Origin: an uncultured Bacteroidota bacterium
GTDB lineage: Bacteria > Bacteroidota > Bacteroidia > Bacteroidales > F082
NCBI GenBank assembly: GCA_937912115.1
Contig: CALDOI010000142.1
Span: 2,098 to 66,097 of the forward strand
Direction of reading: 5' to 3'
Length of the DNA: 64,000 nucleotides
Positions within the stretch are counted from its first letter, which is position 1. The number at the start of each line of letters is the position of its first letter. Position numbers and translations under genes: made by a program. Below are positions 62,179-64,000 of the stretch, piece after piece. The notes under the pieces are model-generated. The model was not told where the DNA came from. It did no database searches and worked only from the letters and a program-made list of their open reading frames with translations.

Positions 62179-64000
62179 ATGAAGTCAATTGATATACGAA
62201 AAGCTTTCCTCGATTTTTTCGCCAGCAAACAACATAAGATTGTGTCATCAGCTCCAATGGTTGTTAAAAATGACCCTACCCTTATGTTCACCAATGCGGG
62301 CATGAATCAGTTTAAGGATCTTTTCCTGGGCAATGCACCAATTATTACATCAAGAGTTGCCGATACTCAAAAATGCCTGAGGGTAAGTGGTAAACATAAT
62401 GATCTTGAGGAAGTTGGTCACGATACCTACCATCATACAATGTTTGAAATGCTGGGTAATTGGTCGTTTGGTGATCCCATTGGTGGCGAGGGTGGCTATT
62501 TCAAAAACGAAGCCATAGACTGGGCATGGGAACTTTTTACAGAAGTATATAATATTGACAAAGAAAGCTTATACGTAACTGTTTTTGAGGGTGATAAAAG
62601 TGATGGGCTGTCAGAGGATAGTGAAGCACGCAATATCTGGAGAAAATATCTTCCTGAGGACAGAATATTACTTGGATCAAAAAAAGATAATTTCTGGGAA
62701 ATGGGTGATACCGGACCATGTGGCCCTTGTTCTGAAATCCATATTGACATAAGACCAAAAGAAGAAAAAGCAAAAATTTCCGGACGTGAACTTGTAAATA
62801 TGGATCACCCTGAAGTTATAGAAATATGGAATCTAGTATTTATAGAATTCAATCGTCTTTCGAGTGGCGAATTGCAACCTCTTGCAGCTAAACATGTTGA
62901 TACTGGTATGGGATTCGAACGTTTAGCAATGGTACTTCAAGGGGTAAGGTCTAATTATGATACTGATATTTTCACTCCAATCATTAGTGAAATCTCAAAA
63001 CTATCGGGAATTAAATACGGTAGCAACAATGAGTCGGATATCGCCATGAGGGTGATTGCTGACCATTTAAGGGCTGTATCTTTTGCAATTGCTGACGGAC
63101 AATTACCATCTAATACCGGAGCTGGTTATGTTATTCGCAGAATATTACGACGTGCAGTTAGATATGGTTTTACTTTTCTTGACTTTGATGCACCGGCGTT
63201 ATACAAGTTACTTCCTGTGCTTAACGATCAAATGGGAGAAGTATTCACTGAATTAAGAACCCAACTCGACTTTATCAGTCAGGTTATTAAGGAAGAAGAA
63301 GTTGCATTCCTGAGAACCCTTGCCCATGGGATTAAAAAATTTGACAGCTATATTGAGAGCAATAAAGAAAATAAAGAAGTTGCCGGTGATTTTGCATTTG
63401 AGCTATATGATACTTTTGGATTCCCTATAGATCTAACTCAACTTATTGCCCGCGAAAAGGGGATGACTGTTGACATGGCGGGTTATAACACCGGATTGGA
63501 TGAACAAAAAGCCCGGTCCAGAAAAGATGCTTCAGTGGACACTGGTGATTGGACAGCAGTTAATGATTCGAATAAGGAATCATTATTTGTTGGATTTGAT
63601 TCCCTTGAATCTGTCTCGAATATTAAAAAATTCAGAAAAGTTGCAAAAAGCAAACAAACATACTTTGAAATTATCCTTGACAAAACTCCATTTTATGCTG
63701 AATCGGGTGGTCAGGTTGGAGACACAGGAACATTAACATCAGCTAATGAAGTACTGAGAGTTATTGATACTAAAAAGGAAAACAATCAAATAGTACATAT
63801 TGTTTCCACAGAACCAAAAAATCCGGAAGGTGAATTCAAAGCAAAAGTTAACGAGAACAAACGAAGACTAACTACAGCCAATCATAGTGCTACTCACCTC
63901 ATGCATTCGGCACTTAGGCAAGTGCTTGGAAGTCATGTCGAACAAAAAGGATCATTGGTAAATGACGAACGACTTCGTTTTGATTTTTCACATTTTGGTG
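62179..64000 (+). CDS. alaS: Alanine-tRNA ligase (5' ~607 codons; 3' end outside the window)
   Basis: Absent from the ORF track because there is no stop in the window. [22 protein letters not shown]...[43 protein letters not shown]. Confidence 0.95.
   Translation, partial: MKSIDIRKAFLDFFASKQHKIVSSAPMVVKNDPTLMFTNAGMNQFKDLFLGNAPIITSRVADTQKCLRVSGKHNDLEEVGHDTYHHTMFEMLGNWSFGDPIGGEGGYFKNEAIDWAWELFTEVYNIDKESLYVTVFEGDKSDGLSEDSEARNIWRKYLPEDRILLGSKKDNFWEMGDTGPCGPCSEIHIDIRPKEEKAKISGRELVNMDHPEVIEIWNLVFIEFNRLSSGELQPLAAKHVDTGMGFERLAMVLQGVRSNYDTDIFTPIISEISKLSGIKYGSNNESDIAMRVIADHLRAVSFAIADGQLPSNTGAGYVIRRILRRAVRYGFTFLDFDAPALYKLLPVLNDQMGEVFTELRTQLDFISQVIKEEEVAFLRTLAHGIKKFDSYIESNKENKEVAGDFAFELYDTFGFPIDLTQLIAREKGMTVDMAGYNTGLDEQKARSRKDASVDTGDWTAVNDSNKESLFVGFDSLESVSNIKKFRKVAKSKQTYFEIILDKTPFYAESGGQVGDTGTLTSANEVLRVIDTKKENNQIVHIVSTEPKNPEGEFKAKVNENKRRLTTANHSATHLMHSALRQVLGSHVEQKGSLVNDERLRFDFSHFG

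Noticed and set aside
1-64000. CRISPR arrays, tRNA/rRNA genes, transposases, integrases or prophage modules
   Set aside because: I looked for regular repeat-spacer periodicity, GC-rich structured-RNA islands in intergenic regions, and DDE or tyrosine-recombinase motifs in the ORF set. None was seen.

Overview
AT-rich chromosomal segment that looks like Bacteroidota, probably an anaerobe or microaerophile. Three observations support this. Two adjacent secreted proteins carry type-A and type-B T9SS C-terminal domains. Nine TAnnTTTG(C) boxes, the Bacteroidetes -7 promoter element, lie 16-57 nt upstream of start codons. A superoxide reductase gene is present. I found no rRNA, tRNA, CRISPR array, transposase or integrase.

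Most genes are housekeeping: recN, gcvT, purD, rnhB, prmC, tex, alaS (3' end outside the window), split transketolase, prolyl oligopeptidase, a PiT phosphate transporter, and a GH3/beta-lactamase-fold fusion.

The striking content is signalling. A 13.2-kb co-directional array of five genes (2095-15296) and a second two-gene locus (42217-47924) together encode six histidine-kinase cores and twelve receiver domains, plus many PAS, GAF and Cache inputs. I could find no Hpt, DNA-binding or enzymatic output domain in either locus. Both loci contain the same two-gene module: a giant Cache-HAMP-GAF-kinase with three receivers, tightly coupled to a small hybrid kinase that has no environmental sensor.

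Other points worth a second look:
- an in-frame TGA at a conserved Cys codon in the first kinase
- an exact 411-nt tandem PAS duplication
- a MurD-family ligase translationally coupled to a PP-loop protein, possibly a MurD2/MurL-type L-Glu route to peptidoglycan
- a VWA gene wedged between the two transketolase halves
- two gene remnants
- two small families of intergenic repeats
- a GC-rich 21-nt in-frame insertion in alaS
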